Source: Pseudomonadota bacterium (lineage in GTDB: Bacteria > Myxococcota > JACRCW01 > JAFGSX01). Taken from it: a stretch of DNA of 59,550 nt. The stretch's first letter is position 1. Each line of letters starts with the position of its first letter. The position numbers were made by a program, and so were the translations under genes. Shown here one piece after another: positions 8,779 to 18,772 of the stretch. Below the pieces are notes generated by a model. It saw only the letters and a program-made list of their open reading frames with translations. It searched no databases and was not told where the DNA came from. The DNA is taken from assembly GCA_043821645.1 (NCBI GenBank), contig JBDRCO010000026.1, positions 1-59,550 of the forward strand. Direction: 5' to 3'.

Positions 8779-9831
8779 ATGATCTGCCCTCTCCTTCGAG
8801 CTGCCCGTGCTCGGCGCGCACACCTCGGGCTCCTGATGATCTGCGCGCAGCTGGTGGCTCCCGCTGCCTCCGCGCGCGACCAGGCCTCGGGCCAGGTCCT
8901 CAAGATCGGCACCATGGCGCCGGAGAACACCCTGCCGCATCGGGCCCTGCTGAAGATGGCGCAGATCTTCGACGAGGAGACCCAGGGTCAGGTGCAGCTC
9001 AAGATCTATCCCGGGACCGTGGGCGACGAGCCCACCATCGTGCGCAAGCTGCGCGTGGGTCAGCTGCAAGGTGCGCTGCTGTCGAGCAAGGGCCTGGGCA
9101 ATGTCAGCACCGAACCCATCGCCATGCAGCTGCCCATGATGTTCGACAGCACGGCCGAGATCGACGCCGTGCTGGCGCAGATGCAGCCCACCTTCGACCG
9201 CGCGCTCGAGGCGGACGGCCTGGTGCCTCTGGCCTGGAGCGATGGTGGCTGGATCTACCTGTTCGCGTCGGAGCCTGCGGTCTCGGTGGTGGACATGGCG
9301 CGGCGCAAGATGTGGATGTGGCCCCATGACGACGGCGCCGTGGCCAGCTTTGCCTCCATCGGGCTGCAGCCGGTGATCCTGTCCGACGTGGACATCCTGC
9401 CAGCGCTGCGCACGGGCATGGTCGAGGTCTTCCCGGGCACGCCGATGACCGCCCTGGCCTTGCAGACCTTTCCGTCGACGCCGCACATGGTCGACGTGCC
9501 CATCGCCTTCATGCTCGCCGCGGTGGTGGTGGACCGCAGCGCCTGGCAGCGCATCCCGCCACAGCAGCGCGCACGCATCCTCGCCCGCTGCCAGCAGGGT
9601 GGCGCAGAGATGAGCGCCGAGGTACGCCGCAGCAATGTCGAGGCCCTGGCCATCCTCAAGACGCGCGGGGTGGTGGTACACAGCCCCAGCCCGGCCCAGC
9701 GTGAAGCCTGGCGAACCGCGGGCGCCAGGGCGCTCGAGCTGGCGCGCGGTCGCAGTGTCGACGCGGCGCTGGTCGACGAGGTGTTACGACGCCGGGATGC
9801 CTTTCGCGCCAGCCACAGATCGCAGCCCTAG
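8779..9831 (+). CDS. dctP: TRAP transporter substrate-binding protein (DctP family)
   Basis: LKIGTMAPENT; LKIYPGTVGDE..KLRVGQLQGA; ALRTGMVE; signal peptide; start codon uncertain. Confidence 0.8.
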   Translation: MICPLLRAARARRAHLGLLMICAQLVAPAASARDQASGQVLKIGTMAPENTLPHRALLKMAQIFDEETQGQVQLKIYPGTVGDEPTIVRKLRVGQLQGALLSSKGLGNVSTEPIAMQLPMMFDSTAEIDAVLAQMQPTFDRALEADGLVPLAWSDGGWIYLFASEPAVSVVDMARRKMWMWPHDDGAVASFASIGLQPVILSDVDILPALRTGMVEVFPGTPMTALALQTFPSTPHMVDVPIAFMLAAVVVDRSAWQRIPPQQRARILARCQQGGAEMSAEVRRSNVEALAILKTRGVVVHSPSPAQREAWRTAGARALELARGRSVDAALVDEVLRRRDAFRASHRSQP

Positions 9832-9969
9832 ATCGCCCGCGCACGCTGCACGTTGACAGCTCGAGGCCAGAGGTGTGCTCGCAGTCCGCGCTTGCTCGCG
9901 ATCGTCGCCTTGAGCGCGATCCGGGGCGCTGCTACGCTGCGCTCACTCTCGCTCCACAAGGAGTGCTCG

Positions 9970-12432
9970 ATGAAGACGCACGCTCGCCTGCTCGCGCTCG
10001 TCGTGTGCCTGCTCGCCGCCCGCGGCAACGCGGCGGAGACCGGCACCGTGACCCTTCCCCTGTCGCGCTACCAGACCATGATCGATCAGGTCGAGAAGCT
10101 GGGAGAGAAGCCACAGCCACCGGTCGCCGTCGCGGCGCAGAGCCGTCTGGTCGAAGGGCGTTTTCGCAAGGGCCTGTTCAGTGCGACCCTCGAGGCGCGC
10201 TTCGTGGTGCTCGCCGACAAGGGCCACGTGCGCGTGCCCGTCCTCGACAGCAGTGCGGCGATCCAGGACGTCACCCTGGACGGCGTGCGGACCTCGCTGC
10301 AGCGCGAGGGATCGCTGTACACCGTCGGCGTGGACAGGGCCGGGCCGCACCTATTGCGCGCGCGTTTTCTGTGGGGCCAGGAGCAGGATCGCTTCGCACG
10401 TCGCCTGCGCTTCTCGTTGCCCGCCGCCGGTGCCAGCGAGGTGCGGGTGCAGGTACCCGAGACCGACATCGAGGCCGAGCTGGGCCAGGGCGCCCTGGAC
10501 CCTCCGCGCCGCCTCGACGGCAACACGCAGCTGGTGGCGCACCTCGACGCCCAGGGCCTGTTCGACCTGGGGTGGCGCCGCAAGGCCATGCACCGGGAAG
10601 ACATCAGCGTGCGCAGCGAGGCCCGGCTCTCGGTGCTGTACACCGTGGGCGAGGCCCTGATCACGGGGCTGTGCGCCATGGACATCGATGTGCTCGAGGG
10701 CGAGACCGATCGCCTCGAGCTGCGCGTGCCCGAGGGCGTCGAGGTGGTCTCGGTCGAGGGGCCGGCGGTCCTGCAGTGGCACGGCGACCCCGACAAGCCG
10801 GGCCAGCTGAGCGTGCTCCTGCGCTACCTGGTGGACAGGCGCACGCGCATCGCGGTGCGCTTCCAGTACCCCGTCGAGGACGTCACCAAGCCGGTGGCCC
10901 TGCGCACCCCCCTGCCGGCCGAGGGCGTGCCCCTGAGCGGACACCTCGGTGTGCTCGCCGCGGCCGGGCTGCAGGTCGAGACGGCCAGCGTGCAGAAGGC
11001 CACCGAACAGACCCTGCGCGACCTGCCCGCGGAGCTCACCGAACTCACCCAGAGCCCGTTGCTCTTCGGCTACGCCTTTGGCGAACCGCCGGAACTGGCC
11101 ATCACCTTGTCGCGCCTGGCCGAGGTGGCGCTGACCACCACCGTCGTCGACGAGCTGCAGGCCTCGAGCGTGCTCAACGAGGACGGTGCCGAGATCACCA
11201 AGCTCAAGCTGCGCGTGCGCAACAACACGCGCCAGTACTTGCGGGTGACGCTTCCCGCCGGCGCCCTGCTCACCCACGCCCTCATCGACGGCACCCCGGT
11301 GCGTCCGGCCCTGGGTGGTCAGGACGGCCAGGCCGAGGTGTTGTTGCTGCCCCTGCGACAAAGCGAGCGCCTGGCCCAGGGCAAGAGTCGCCAGCACCAG
11401 GTGCAGCTCGGCGAGACCCTCAGCGACATCGCCAATTTTTACTTCGGCAGTCCGGGAAGCTGGGAGCGCATCGTCGAGGCCAACCCGGATCAGCTCGGCG
11501 GACCCCACGACATCTACGAGGGACAGCGCCTGCGCGTCCCCCTGGCCGCGGGCAACGCCGTCGAGGAGAGCAGCTTCGTGGTCGAGCTGGCCTACAGCCT
11601 CGGTCACCCACCCCTGGGAGCGCTGGGCCGGTGCAGCTTGCAGCTTCCGGCGCTCGACGTCGACACCGTGAGCGTGCTGTGGCACCTGTACCTGCCGCGC
11701 GCGCTGTCGCCCCTGCGCTTCGACGGCAACCTGTCCCAGTACTCGGCCATCCGCTACGACCCCTTCCGCCGCGTGCAGCAGTTCTTGCAGCGCGCCATGT
11801 GGGTCAAGAACGCCTGGGCCGGCGAGCGCTACCAGAGCATCCTGCTGCAGCGAAAATCCATCTGGCAGATCGAGAACCGCCACAAGGGAAGCAGCCGCGG
11901 CGTGCTCGCAGCCTTCCCGCTGGTCGGCGAGCGCTATCGCTTCAAGCGCCTGCTCCCTGGCGCCGCGCAGCCCCAGCTGGGCGTCACCTACATCGCGAAC
12001 CGCGGACTGCCGGCCGTGCGCTGGCTCGCCCTGGGCCTCGCCCTGGCTCTGGTGCTGTGGGTGCTGGGACGCCCCCGGGAGCGCGGGCGCTGGGTCGTGC
12101 TCGGGCTGGGTGCGCTGCTGCTTCTGGTGCTGGGCCACTACGTGCTCGGGGTCCATCGCCGCGTGCTGTGGGGCGTTGACCTGGCGCTGCTCATCACCTG
12201 GGTGCGGTGGCGCGGACCGAGTCTGTGGCGCGGACTGTGGGCCTCCCTCGCCACACCCTGGACCTGGTGGCAGGCGCTGCGGCTGCGCACGGTGCTGGCG
12301 AGCTTCGGCTGGTTGCTGCTGCTGCTGTTCGTGGTGAGCATGCCCCTGCTGCTGTCGTCGGTGGCCTTGCTGCTGCTGCTGGTCCTGGTCTGGCGCGCGC
12401 GGCCAGCGGGCGAGGAGGTGCGTCATGCGTAA
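9970..12432 (+). CDS. Large exported beta-rich protein with inserted LysM domain and C-terminal multi-TM region
   Basis: AAGGAG RBS; signal peptide; LysM HQVQLGETLSDIANFYFG..IVEANP..IYEGQRLRVP; about 4-5 C-terminal TM helices. Confidence 0.8.
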   Translation: MKTHARLLALVVCLLAARGNAAETGTVTLPLSRYQTMIDQVEKLGEKPQPPVAVAAQSRLVEGRFRKGLFSATLEARFVVLADKGHVRVPVLDSSAAIQDVTLDGVRTSLQREGSLYTVGVDRAGPHLLRARFLWGQEQDRFARRLRFSLPAAGASEVRVQVPETDIEAELGQGALDPPRRLDGNTQLVAHLDAQGLFDLGWRRKAMHREDISVRSEARLSVLYTVGEALITGLCAMDIDVLEGETDRLELRVPEGVEVVSVEGPAVLQWHGDPDKPGQLSVLLRYLVDRRTRIAVRFQYPVEDVTKPVALRTPLPAEGVPLSGHLGVLAAAGLQVETASVQKATEQTLRDLPAELTELTQSPLLFGYAFGEPPELAITLSRLAEVALTTTVVDELQASSVLNEDGAEITKLKLRVRNNTRQYLRVTLPAGALLTHALIDGTPVRPALGGQDGQAEVLLLPLRQSERLAQGKSRQHQVQLGETLSDIANFYFGSPGSWERIVEANPDQLGGPHDIYEGQRLRVPLAAGNAVEESSFVVELAYSLGHPPLGALGRCSLQLPALDVDTVSVLWHLYLPRALSPLRFDGNLSQYSAIRYDPFRRVQQFLQRAMWVKNAWAGERYQSILLQRKSIWQIENRHKGSSRGVLAAFPLVGERYRFKRLLPGAAQPQLGVTYIANRGLPAVRWLALGLALALVLWVLGRPRERGRWVVLGLGALLLLVLGHYVLGVHRRVLWGVDLALLITWVRWRGPSLWRGLWASLATPWTWWQALRLRTVLASFGWLLLLLFVVSMPLLLSSVALLLLLVLVWRARPAGEEVRHA

Positions 12433-15061
12433 CATCCTCGAACCGCGTGGCGTGCTCCGGCTGTGTCTGATCGTGCTGGTGCTTCTCGCGACGCGGGCGC
12501 ACGCCAGCTACGCCCAGTCCGAATTTCTCGACGACAACGTGAGGTCCAACGGCCTGGGCAACGCCTTCGGGCTGACCCAGGATGGCGAGGTCGAGCAGCA
12601 GGTCGACAGTGAATATGCAGCTGAAGACGCTGATGGCGAAGAGGACACGGACCAGAACCCCTTCGCCGACGACGAGAGCGGGCTCCTTGGCGGGGAGGCA
12701 CGAGCGGGCAAGGCGGCGCCCCCCCGACCCTCGGCCAAGCGCAAGGCGGCCGAACAGAACTTCGACGCCCTCATGTCCAAGAACGCTGCCGTGCAGCAGG
12801 CCGTGAGTGCGTTCGGCAACGACATGAACGCCCCCGTGCTCAATGCCCTGGGCGCGATGGGGACGCTGACGCCACCGACCGCCGAGGAGGCCAAGGCCGA
12901 GATCCCGACCACACGCTTTGATGCCCTGCGCACGGCCATCGCCGACGATGTCGACAAGCGCGGTCGGTTGCAGGCCCCCCTGGTGGTGCTGGGCGCCGCG
13001 CGCTTCCGCGGCGAGGCCAGACAGGGGGCCCTGGCCCTGCGACTGGAGCTCGACGTCACCCTGGGCGCGGTGGACCAGTGGAAGCTGGTCCCTGTCATCG
13101 GCGACTCGGTGGTGGTGGTCTCGGCGACCAGCCAGGGTGCCGCGCTTCCCCTCTCCGCCCAGGATGGCTACCACGTGTGGGTCACCCGCGAGAGCGGCGA
13201 GCGAACCCTCGTCGTCGACGTGCTGGTGCCCGCCCGGGGCCCGCGCGGCTCCATCGAGTACGACTTCCTGGTCGCCCGCACTCCGGCCACCGAGTTCACC
13301 TGCCGCTTTCCGGTGCCCGGACTGCAACCCAAGCTCGACGCGGCGGTGCGCGCGGACAGCCGTACCGAGGGCGCAAGTACGGTGCTCGTGGCCTCGCTGC
13401 AGCCCACGGCACGCATTCACCTGGTGGGCTTCCGCGACCTCGGAGAGGCCGAGACACGCCAGGCCAAGCTCTACGCCGAGAGCCTGAACCTGCTCAGCGT
13501 CGACGAGGGTGCCCTCGACCTGTTCACGGTCATTCGCTACAGCATCCTGTACGCCGGGGCGCGGTCATTTCCGATCCGCATCCCCGAAGGCTGGAACGTG
13601 GTCGGGGCCGACGGCGAAGGTGCCTTCCGCTACGACCTCGACGAGAGTGACGGCAAGACCGTGCTGCGCGGCGAGACGGCGTTCCCCATCCGCAACAGCT
13701 ACGAGATCTCGCTGCGCCTGCACCGGGAGATCGCCCGCCAGGGCGAGACCGTCGAGATCCAGCGCCCCACCGCCCAGGGCGTGGAGCGCGAGCATGGCTG
13801 GCTGGCGGTGGAGGTGACGGGCAAGCTGCGCCTCGAGGAGGCCCAGGCCGCGGCCGTGCTTCCGGTCGACGTGCGGCAACTTCCACCCGAGATGCTGGAG
13901 AGCGCGGTCAGCCCCATCCTGCGCGCCTATCGCTACCACGGCCCCGACGCCCGGGTGGCGCTCAAGATCGAACGCCTGCCCGAGAAGGAACCCGCCTCGG
14001 CTTCCGTCGACAGCGTGCGCGCCCTGAGCGTGCTCTCCGACGAGGGTGTGCTGCTCACGGAGCTTCGCATCACTCTGCGTAACCGACTGCGCCACAGTCT
14101 CGCCCTGAAGCTTGCCGAGGGCGTGCAGGTACGCTCCACCCTGCTCGACGGACAGCCGGTCAAGCCCAGCCGCGATGCGAGCGGAGCCTTGCAGCTACCG
14201 CTGCAACGCAGCGAAGGTGGTGAGCAGCTCAAGCCCTTCACCCTGCAGGTGGTGCTGGAACAGGCGACACCGGGCCTCGGCCTCTGGGGCTGGCCCGAGA
14301 TCGAGCTGCCCGCCATCGAGCTGCCGGTCTCGACCCTGGCCTGGAGCCTGTACGCACCGGCCAAGAACCGCTACAGCCGCCTGCGCGGTGACGTCGAGCC
14401 CCAGCTCTATGCCGGGACCGCGCGCTGGCACCAGCCTGGCTATCAGGCGCCCGCGCCAGCCAGCACGGAGACCCTGGCCACCACCACCCTTGACGCCGAG
14501 AACGCCGCGGCTGGTGGCGCCATGCCCGTGCGCATCCAGATTCCCAAGACCGGTGTGCGGCTGGAGCACACGCGCTACTGGCTCGAGGCACAGCACCGCA
14601 CACGCGTGTCCTTTTCCTACCTGCGCGGCTGGCTGCGGACTCCCATCGTCCTGCTCCTGCTGGCCCTGCTGATCTTCGCCACGGCCCTGCTGGTGGACGG
14701 CCTGTGGCCTGGCTCCCGTCGCTGGCACACGCCTCGGGGCGCTACCGCAGTGGCCACCCTGGTCGTGTCCTGGCCCCTGTTCCTGGCCGGAGGTGGCCCC
14801 CCCCTGGTGCTGGGTCTTCTGCTGGGCGCTGCCGTGGCACTGTGGCTGCGCGGGTCGCTGTCGCAGCAGGCGCAGGCGTTTGGCGACTGGTGGCGGCAGC
14901 TGCCCGGTGCCTGGCGCGACGCGCGGGCGACGGAAACCGGCGGCGCAACCATGCTTCGCACGCTGTGGCGCCTCGTGGTGCTCGGCTTCCTGTTGCTGGT
15001 CGGCCTGGGATTGCTGGTCAACGGGCTGCAGCTGGTGTGGGTGCTGTTCAATCCCTTCTAA
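12425..15061 (+). CDS. Large exported protein with C-terminal TM region, paralog of the upstream gene
   Basis: Overlaps the upstream stop; signal peptide; shared blocks (RQLPPE/RDLPAE, LRNRLR/VRNNTR, LLDGQPVKP/LIDGTPVRP, LPAIE..LAWSLYAP/LPALD..VLWHLYLP). Confidence 0.8.
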   Translation: MRNILEPRGVLRLCLIVLVLLATRAHASYAQSEFLDDNVRSNGLGNAFGLTQDGEVEQQVDSEYAAEDADGEEDTDQNPFADDESGLLGGEARAGKAAPPRPSAKRKAAEQNFDALMSKNAAVQQAVSAFGNDMNAPVLNALGAMGTLTPPTAEEAKAEIPTTRFDALRTAIADDVDKRGRLQAPLVVLGAARFRGEARQGALALRLELDVTLGAVDQWKLVPVIGDSVVVVSATSQGAALPLSAQDGYHVWVTRESGERTLVVDVLVPARGPRGSIEYDFLVARTPATEFTCRFPVPGLQPKLDAAVRADSRTEGASTVLVASLQPTARIHLVGFRDLGEAETRQAKLYAESLNLLSVDEGALDLFTVIRYSILYAGARSFPIRIPEGWNVVGADGEGAFRYDLDESDGKTVLRGETAFPIRNSYEISLRLHREIARQGETVEIQRPTAQGVEREHGWLAVEVTGKLRLEEAQAAAVLPVDVRQLPPEMLESAVSPILRAYRYHGPDARVALKIERLPEKEPASASVDSVRALSVLSDEGVLLTELRITLRNRLRHSLALKLAEGVQVRSTLLDGQPVKPSRDASGALQLPLQRSEGGEQLKPFTLQVVLEQATPGLGLWGWPEIELPAIELPVSTLAWSLYAPAKNRYSRLRGDVEPQLYAGTARWHQPGYQAPAPASTETLATTTLDAENAAAGGAMPVRIQIPKTGVRLEHTRYWLEAQHRTRVSFSYLRGWLRTPIVLLLLALLIFATALLVDGLWPGSRRWHTPRGATAVATLVVSWPLFLAGGGPPLVLGLLLGAAVALWLRGSLSQQAQAFGDWWRQLPGAWRDARATETGGATMLRTLWRLVVLGFLLLVGLGLLVNGLQLVWVLFNPF

Positions 15062-15185
15062 AAGGTGTCGCGCCCCCCCCGCGTTCATCACATCCGTTGC
15101 GCTGCCCGGCACCGACGGGCATGTGGGCCTCGTGATGCAGCCATGCCGTCGAGATCTGAACGGCGCCTGACGCCGGGCGTGAGAT

Positions 15186-17354
15186 TCAGGCGGGCGGTGC
15201 CTCGTCCAGCAGCTCGCGCGCCGAGGTGATGCCGAGCATCAGCACCAGATCGCGCACCTCGCCTGGCTTCATGCACAGTTCGAACACCGGGTGCAGGGCC
15301 ACACCCTGGAAGACCTCGCCAAAGCCCACGTCCGAGCGATTGCGCGTGATCACCGGGTAGTGCCAAAAGCGCACGGCCTCGTCGGCAGAAAGCACCGCCG
15401 CGAGATCGAGGTGCCCGTCGACCACGCAGATCTCGCCAATGCCCTCGACGGTGCCGCTGAGACCCGGCGCCAGGCGCTGGCGGCCTGCCAGCACGAAGCG
15501 TTCGGGATCGTCGTCGGACAGCAGCGACAGGTTGACCTCGGGCGCGAACAGGCAGGTCAGCGGTGCACCTTGTTCGTGGGTCAAGGTGTACACCACCTGC
15601 ACGGCCGCGGCGTCGCGTGCCACCAGGTAGCGCTTGACCAGGCGCACCCTGGCGTCGCCATGCCGGTCGCGCACCCAGCCATCTCCACGCAGCACCGCCT
15701 CGACGCTGCCGTCCAGATCGTCGCAGGCGCCGACCTCGACCAGGCTGTACACACTGGTGGCCAGACCTCCGATGTCCGGGCTGGTGCGATCCCGAACCGA
15801 CACCGGGTCGGCGTCACTCCGGTAGAAGCGATCCAGGAATCCCAGCCGCGCCGCGTCGTCAAAAACCAGGTGGGCGTCGGCACCCAGCTGGTCGTGATAG
15901 CCCTCGCGCCGTCGCGCCATCACGTTGAGCAGGGGATAGGCCCGGGCGCGATCATCCACCGCACTCAGCGCTCCACCCTCTGTGGGCCGGGCAATGATCC
16001 GGATCGCGGCATTCCCCAGCACCGCCTCGTCCGCCAGATCACCGTCGAAGTCCAGGCGTTCGGCCTGGGCGATCGGCTGGTCGCCGAGCAGGACCTGATC
16101 GAGCAAGGTCTCGGCCTGGAGCAGGTGCTCGATCACGGCGTGCCGCAGGTGCGGCTGGTAGATGCCACCGTACCAGCCATGCCAGTAGGCGCAGGCACAC
16201 TGGCCCGCGTACAGGGCCCGCTGTGCCGTCGCCAGGCGATCGGCCGCCTCGTCGGCGTCGCCGTACAGCGCGCCCGCGCGTTGCGCCACGAAGCCCTCGC
16301 GCAGCTTGGACGAGACATGCAGCATGCGCTTGTGCATGCGGTTGGCTTCGGGATAGCGCGCCAGGAAATTGGACCACACGCCTCCCCGCAAGAAGGGCAG
16401 GGCTTGCGCCAGCGCGCTGTCTGGTGGGGCATTGCGAGCGGCGGCGCGCACACGCTGCAGCTGGTTGCAGGCCTCGGGTGGCAACACCCAGGCGTCCATC
16501 TCCTCGTAGGCCGAGGTGGGCAGGTACACCCTGCCGCTCGACGGATGGCGAACCAGCACGGTGGTGGGCGTGGTGGTGTGGATGCGATCGGCGTTATCCT
16601 CGAGCGTTTTGAAGAAACTCTCGAGCCAACCTTCTGCCACCAGCTGCTCGGTGCCGGGCCACAAACCCAGCTTCTCTCCGTCGTCACCGTAGGTCAGCAC
16701 GGTCGAGCGCCCTGCCGCAGCCAGGCGCGCCCCCATGGATGCGATGCCCTCGACCACCTCGGCCACGGGGCGAAAGGGGATGGCGTAGCGCAGGCGGCGA
16801 GAGATGGGGAAGATCGCCATCGAGGCGCCAGCCTTCTCGGTGACGTAGAAGCCAGACACGTCCAGCGATTCGTCGGGCAACAGCCCGGCGCCCATCAGGT
16901 GGCTGTCGTCGAGCAGGGTGTACTGGACCCCGGCAGGGGCCAGGGCACGCGGCAGGTCGGGATCCCAGACCCGCTCCGCCAGCCACAAGCCGCGCGGCAA
17001 CGTGCCAAGGTGGCGGTCGACGAAGGCATTCATCATGTCGATCTGCCCCCGCACGTCGTCGTCGGTGAGCAGGGCCAGCATGGGTTCGTAGAATCCGCCT
17101 CCCACCACCTCGACCTGCTGGCGCTCGACCAGGGCGCGCAGATCCGGGAGATAGGACGGTTCCTCCCGGGCCAGCCACTCGAACAGGGATCCCGAATGGT
17201 GCATGGCAACGCGCACCTCGGGATGGCGGATGATCACGTCGAGCAGGGGGCGGTAGCAGCGATCGTGGGCCGCGCGAAATACCGCGTCGAAGTTGCCCAC
17301 GGGCTGGTGGTTATGAAAAACCAGGACCAGATCGGTACGGGTCGCTGGCGTCAC
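15186..17354 (-). CDS. GH57 alpha-amylase / 4-alpha-glucanotransferase
   Basis: GTG start with GGGAG RBS; FHNHQPVGNF; GGGFYEP; GLWLAERVW; GDDGEKLG; YWHGWYGGIY. Confidence 0.9.
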   Translation of the reverse strand: MTPATRTDLVLVFHNHQPVGNFDAVFRAAHDRCYRPLLDVIIRHPEVRVAMHHSGSLFEWLAREEPSYLPDLRALVERQQVEVVGGGFYEPMLALLTDDDVRGQIDMMNAFVDRHLGTLPRGLWLAERVWDPDLPRALAPAGVQYTLLDDSHLMGAGLLPDESLDVSGFYVTEKAGASMAIFPISRRLRYAIPFRPVAEVVEGIASMGARLAAAGRSTVLTYGDDGEKLGLWPGTEQLVAEGWLESFFKTLEDNADRIHTTTPTTVLVRHPSSGRVYLPTSAYEEMDAWVLPPEACNQLQRVRAAARNAPPDSALAQALPFLRGGVWSNFLARYPEANRMHKRMLHVSSKLREGFVAQRAGALYGDADEAADRLATAQRALYAGQCACAYWHGWYGGIYQPHLRHAVIEHLLQAETLLDQVLLGDQPIAQAERLDFDGDLADEAVLGNAAIRIIARPTEGGALSAVDDRARAYPLLNVMARRREGYHDQLGADAHLVFDDAARLGFLDRFYRSDADPVSVRDRTSPDIGGLATSVYSLVEVGACDDLDGSVEAVLRGDGWVRDRHGDARVRLVKRYLVARDAAAVQVVYTLTHEQGAPLTCLFAPEVNLSLLSDDDPERFVLAGRQRLAPGLSGTVEGIGEICVVDGHLDLAAVLSADEAVRFWHYPVITRNRSDVGFGEVFQGVALHPVFELCMKPGEVRDLVLMLGITSARELLDEAPPA

Positions 17355-17377
17355 GTGGCTCCCTCGCGATCCCCCGC

Positions 17378-18772
17378 CTAGGGCGAGGTCCGCGTGTCCC
17401 CGCCGCTGCGTGCGGCATTGCGATCGCCGAGTTGTGTGAAGCACATGCTCAGAGCCGCCCGCGCGGCGGCATCGTCGGGTCTGAACAGCAGGACACGGCG
17501 GTAATGCACGATGGCTATGCCCAGCGCACCCTTGGCCTGAGCGGCCTGGGCCTGCGATCGGGCATCCTGCACCTGTTTCTCCACGTCCTGATCCTGGGGC
17601 GCCAGCGGAGAGTGGAGCCCGGTCACCCTCGACACCATCCTGGACAGAGCCGGATCGAGCGGGAGCACCTCGAATTGCCACAGCGCGTAACCCGCGCCGA
17701 GCACGAGGAAGACCGCGGCCAGCAGGACAGCGAGCCAGCTCAGCAGCGATGTGGTCTCGCCGTTCGACTCCGTCACGGGTACCCGCGGCGGCGGTGGAAA
17801 ACTCTCGCCGGCCAGTCCGCGCCTGTCGAACTGGAGACCCCGCATGTGGGGCGAGCGCACCACCGGCTCGTAGGGGGCATCGTCGACGGAGATCTCGAGC
17901 CCGTCGGGATCGGCGTGGTGTGTGGCCCAGGTCCGCGCCTTGCCCCATTCGAGAAAATCCCGCGTTGCACCGGAGCGGTCGCGGAAGCGGATGCTGGCCT
18001 GCGACGCAACCGTCGACAGGGTCGAAGACGCAGGAATCGTCGGGCCCGCCACGTATGCCGGTGCCTCGGCAGCACCGTCCGAGCCCGCAACCGGGGCGGC
18101 GGCCGGAGCCACCAGGCTGATGTTGGCGAAGGGATCGCTGGTCTCCCCTGGGTAACTCGGCGCCACCGTGGGCGTGGCGGCGGCCACGACTGGCGGCACC
18201 GACCTGCGCGGCTGGAGGGTCCCGAAGGGATCTCGAGATGGGGTCGGGACGGGATTCGCCGCGGGCGCGGTCGCGCCAGGCACGGTGGCGAAGCCGGCCA
18301 TGGCGGGCTGCGAGGCGTAGCCCATGCGCGGCGCCTGCTGCGGTGCATCCGCAGGCGGCTTCTCCACCACCAGCGGGTTGGCCTCGTAGAACGGATCGCG
18401 CGCCTGGCTGCCGGCCCGCCCATCGACCGCGCCGTCCGCGGTGGGGGGCGCCGCCATCGACGGCAGGGGAGGCAAGATGTCCGCGAGCAGGTCGTCCGCG
18501 GGCAGAGCGGCGGGAACGCTTTCCAGCGGCCCGGTGACCTTGGAATCCCACTCGCGGCCCACAGGATCCGACACCGTGCGCGCCGCGGGCGCGGCGTCAA
18601 AGGGAACAGGTGCGGGTGTCGCTCCGGTGGATGGAACCGTGGCAGTGCCGACCGGCGGCGGCGTCGCAGCACCGAAGATCAAGCCGCACTTGGTGCACTT
18701 CAGCCTGGAGCCCGCCGAGCCGCCATCGGGCGCTCTGTAGCGGCTGTTGCAGTTGGGACAGGCGACGATCAT
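17378..18772 (-). CDS. MJ0042-type zinc-ribbon membrane protein with C-terminal TPR
   Basis: MIVACPNC..LKCTKCG; Pro/Ala linker; TM; TPR-like AIVHYRRVLLFRPDDAAARAAL. Confidence 0.8.
   Translation of the reverse strand: MIVACPNCNSRYRAPDGGSAGSRLKCTKCGLIFGAATPPPVGTATVPSTGATPAPVPFDAAPAARTVSDPVGREWDSKVTGPLESVPAALPADDLLADILPPLPSMAAPPTADGAVDGRAGSQARDPFYEANPLVVEKPPADAPQQAPRMGYASQPAMAGFATVPGATAPAANPVPTPSRDPFGTLQPRRSVPPVVAAATPTVAPSYPGETSDPFANISLVAPAAAPVAGSDGAAEAPAYVAGPTIPASSTLSTVASQASIRFRDRSGATRDFLEWGKARTWATHHADPDGLEISVDDAPYEPVVRSPHMRGLQFDRRGLAGESFPPPPRVPVTESNGETTSLLSWLAVLLAAVFLVLGAGYALWQFEVLPLDPALSRMVSRVTGLHSPLAPQDQDVEKQVQDARSQAQAAQAKGALGIAIVHYRRVLLFRPDDAAARAALSMCFTQLGDRNAARSGGDTRTSP

Noticed and set aside
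17355-18551. Apparent 1121-aa GH57 fusion
   Set aside because: The N-terminal 399 aa overlap the zinc-ribbon gene in another frame. The real start is GTG 17354 with an RBS.
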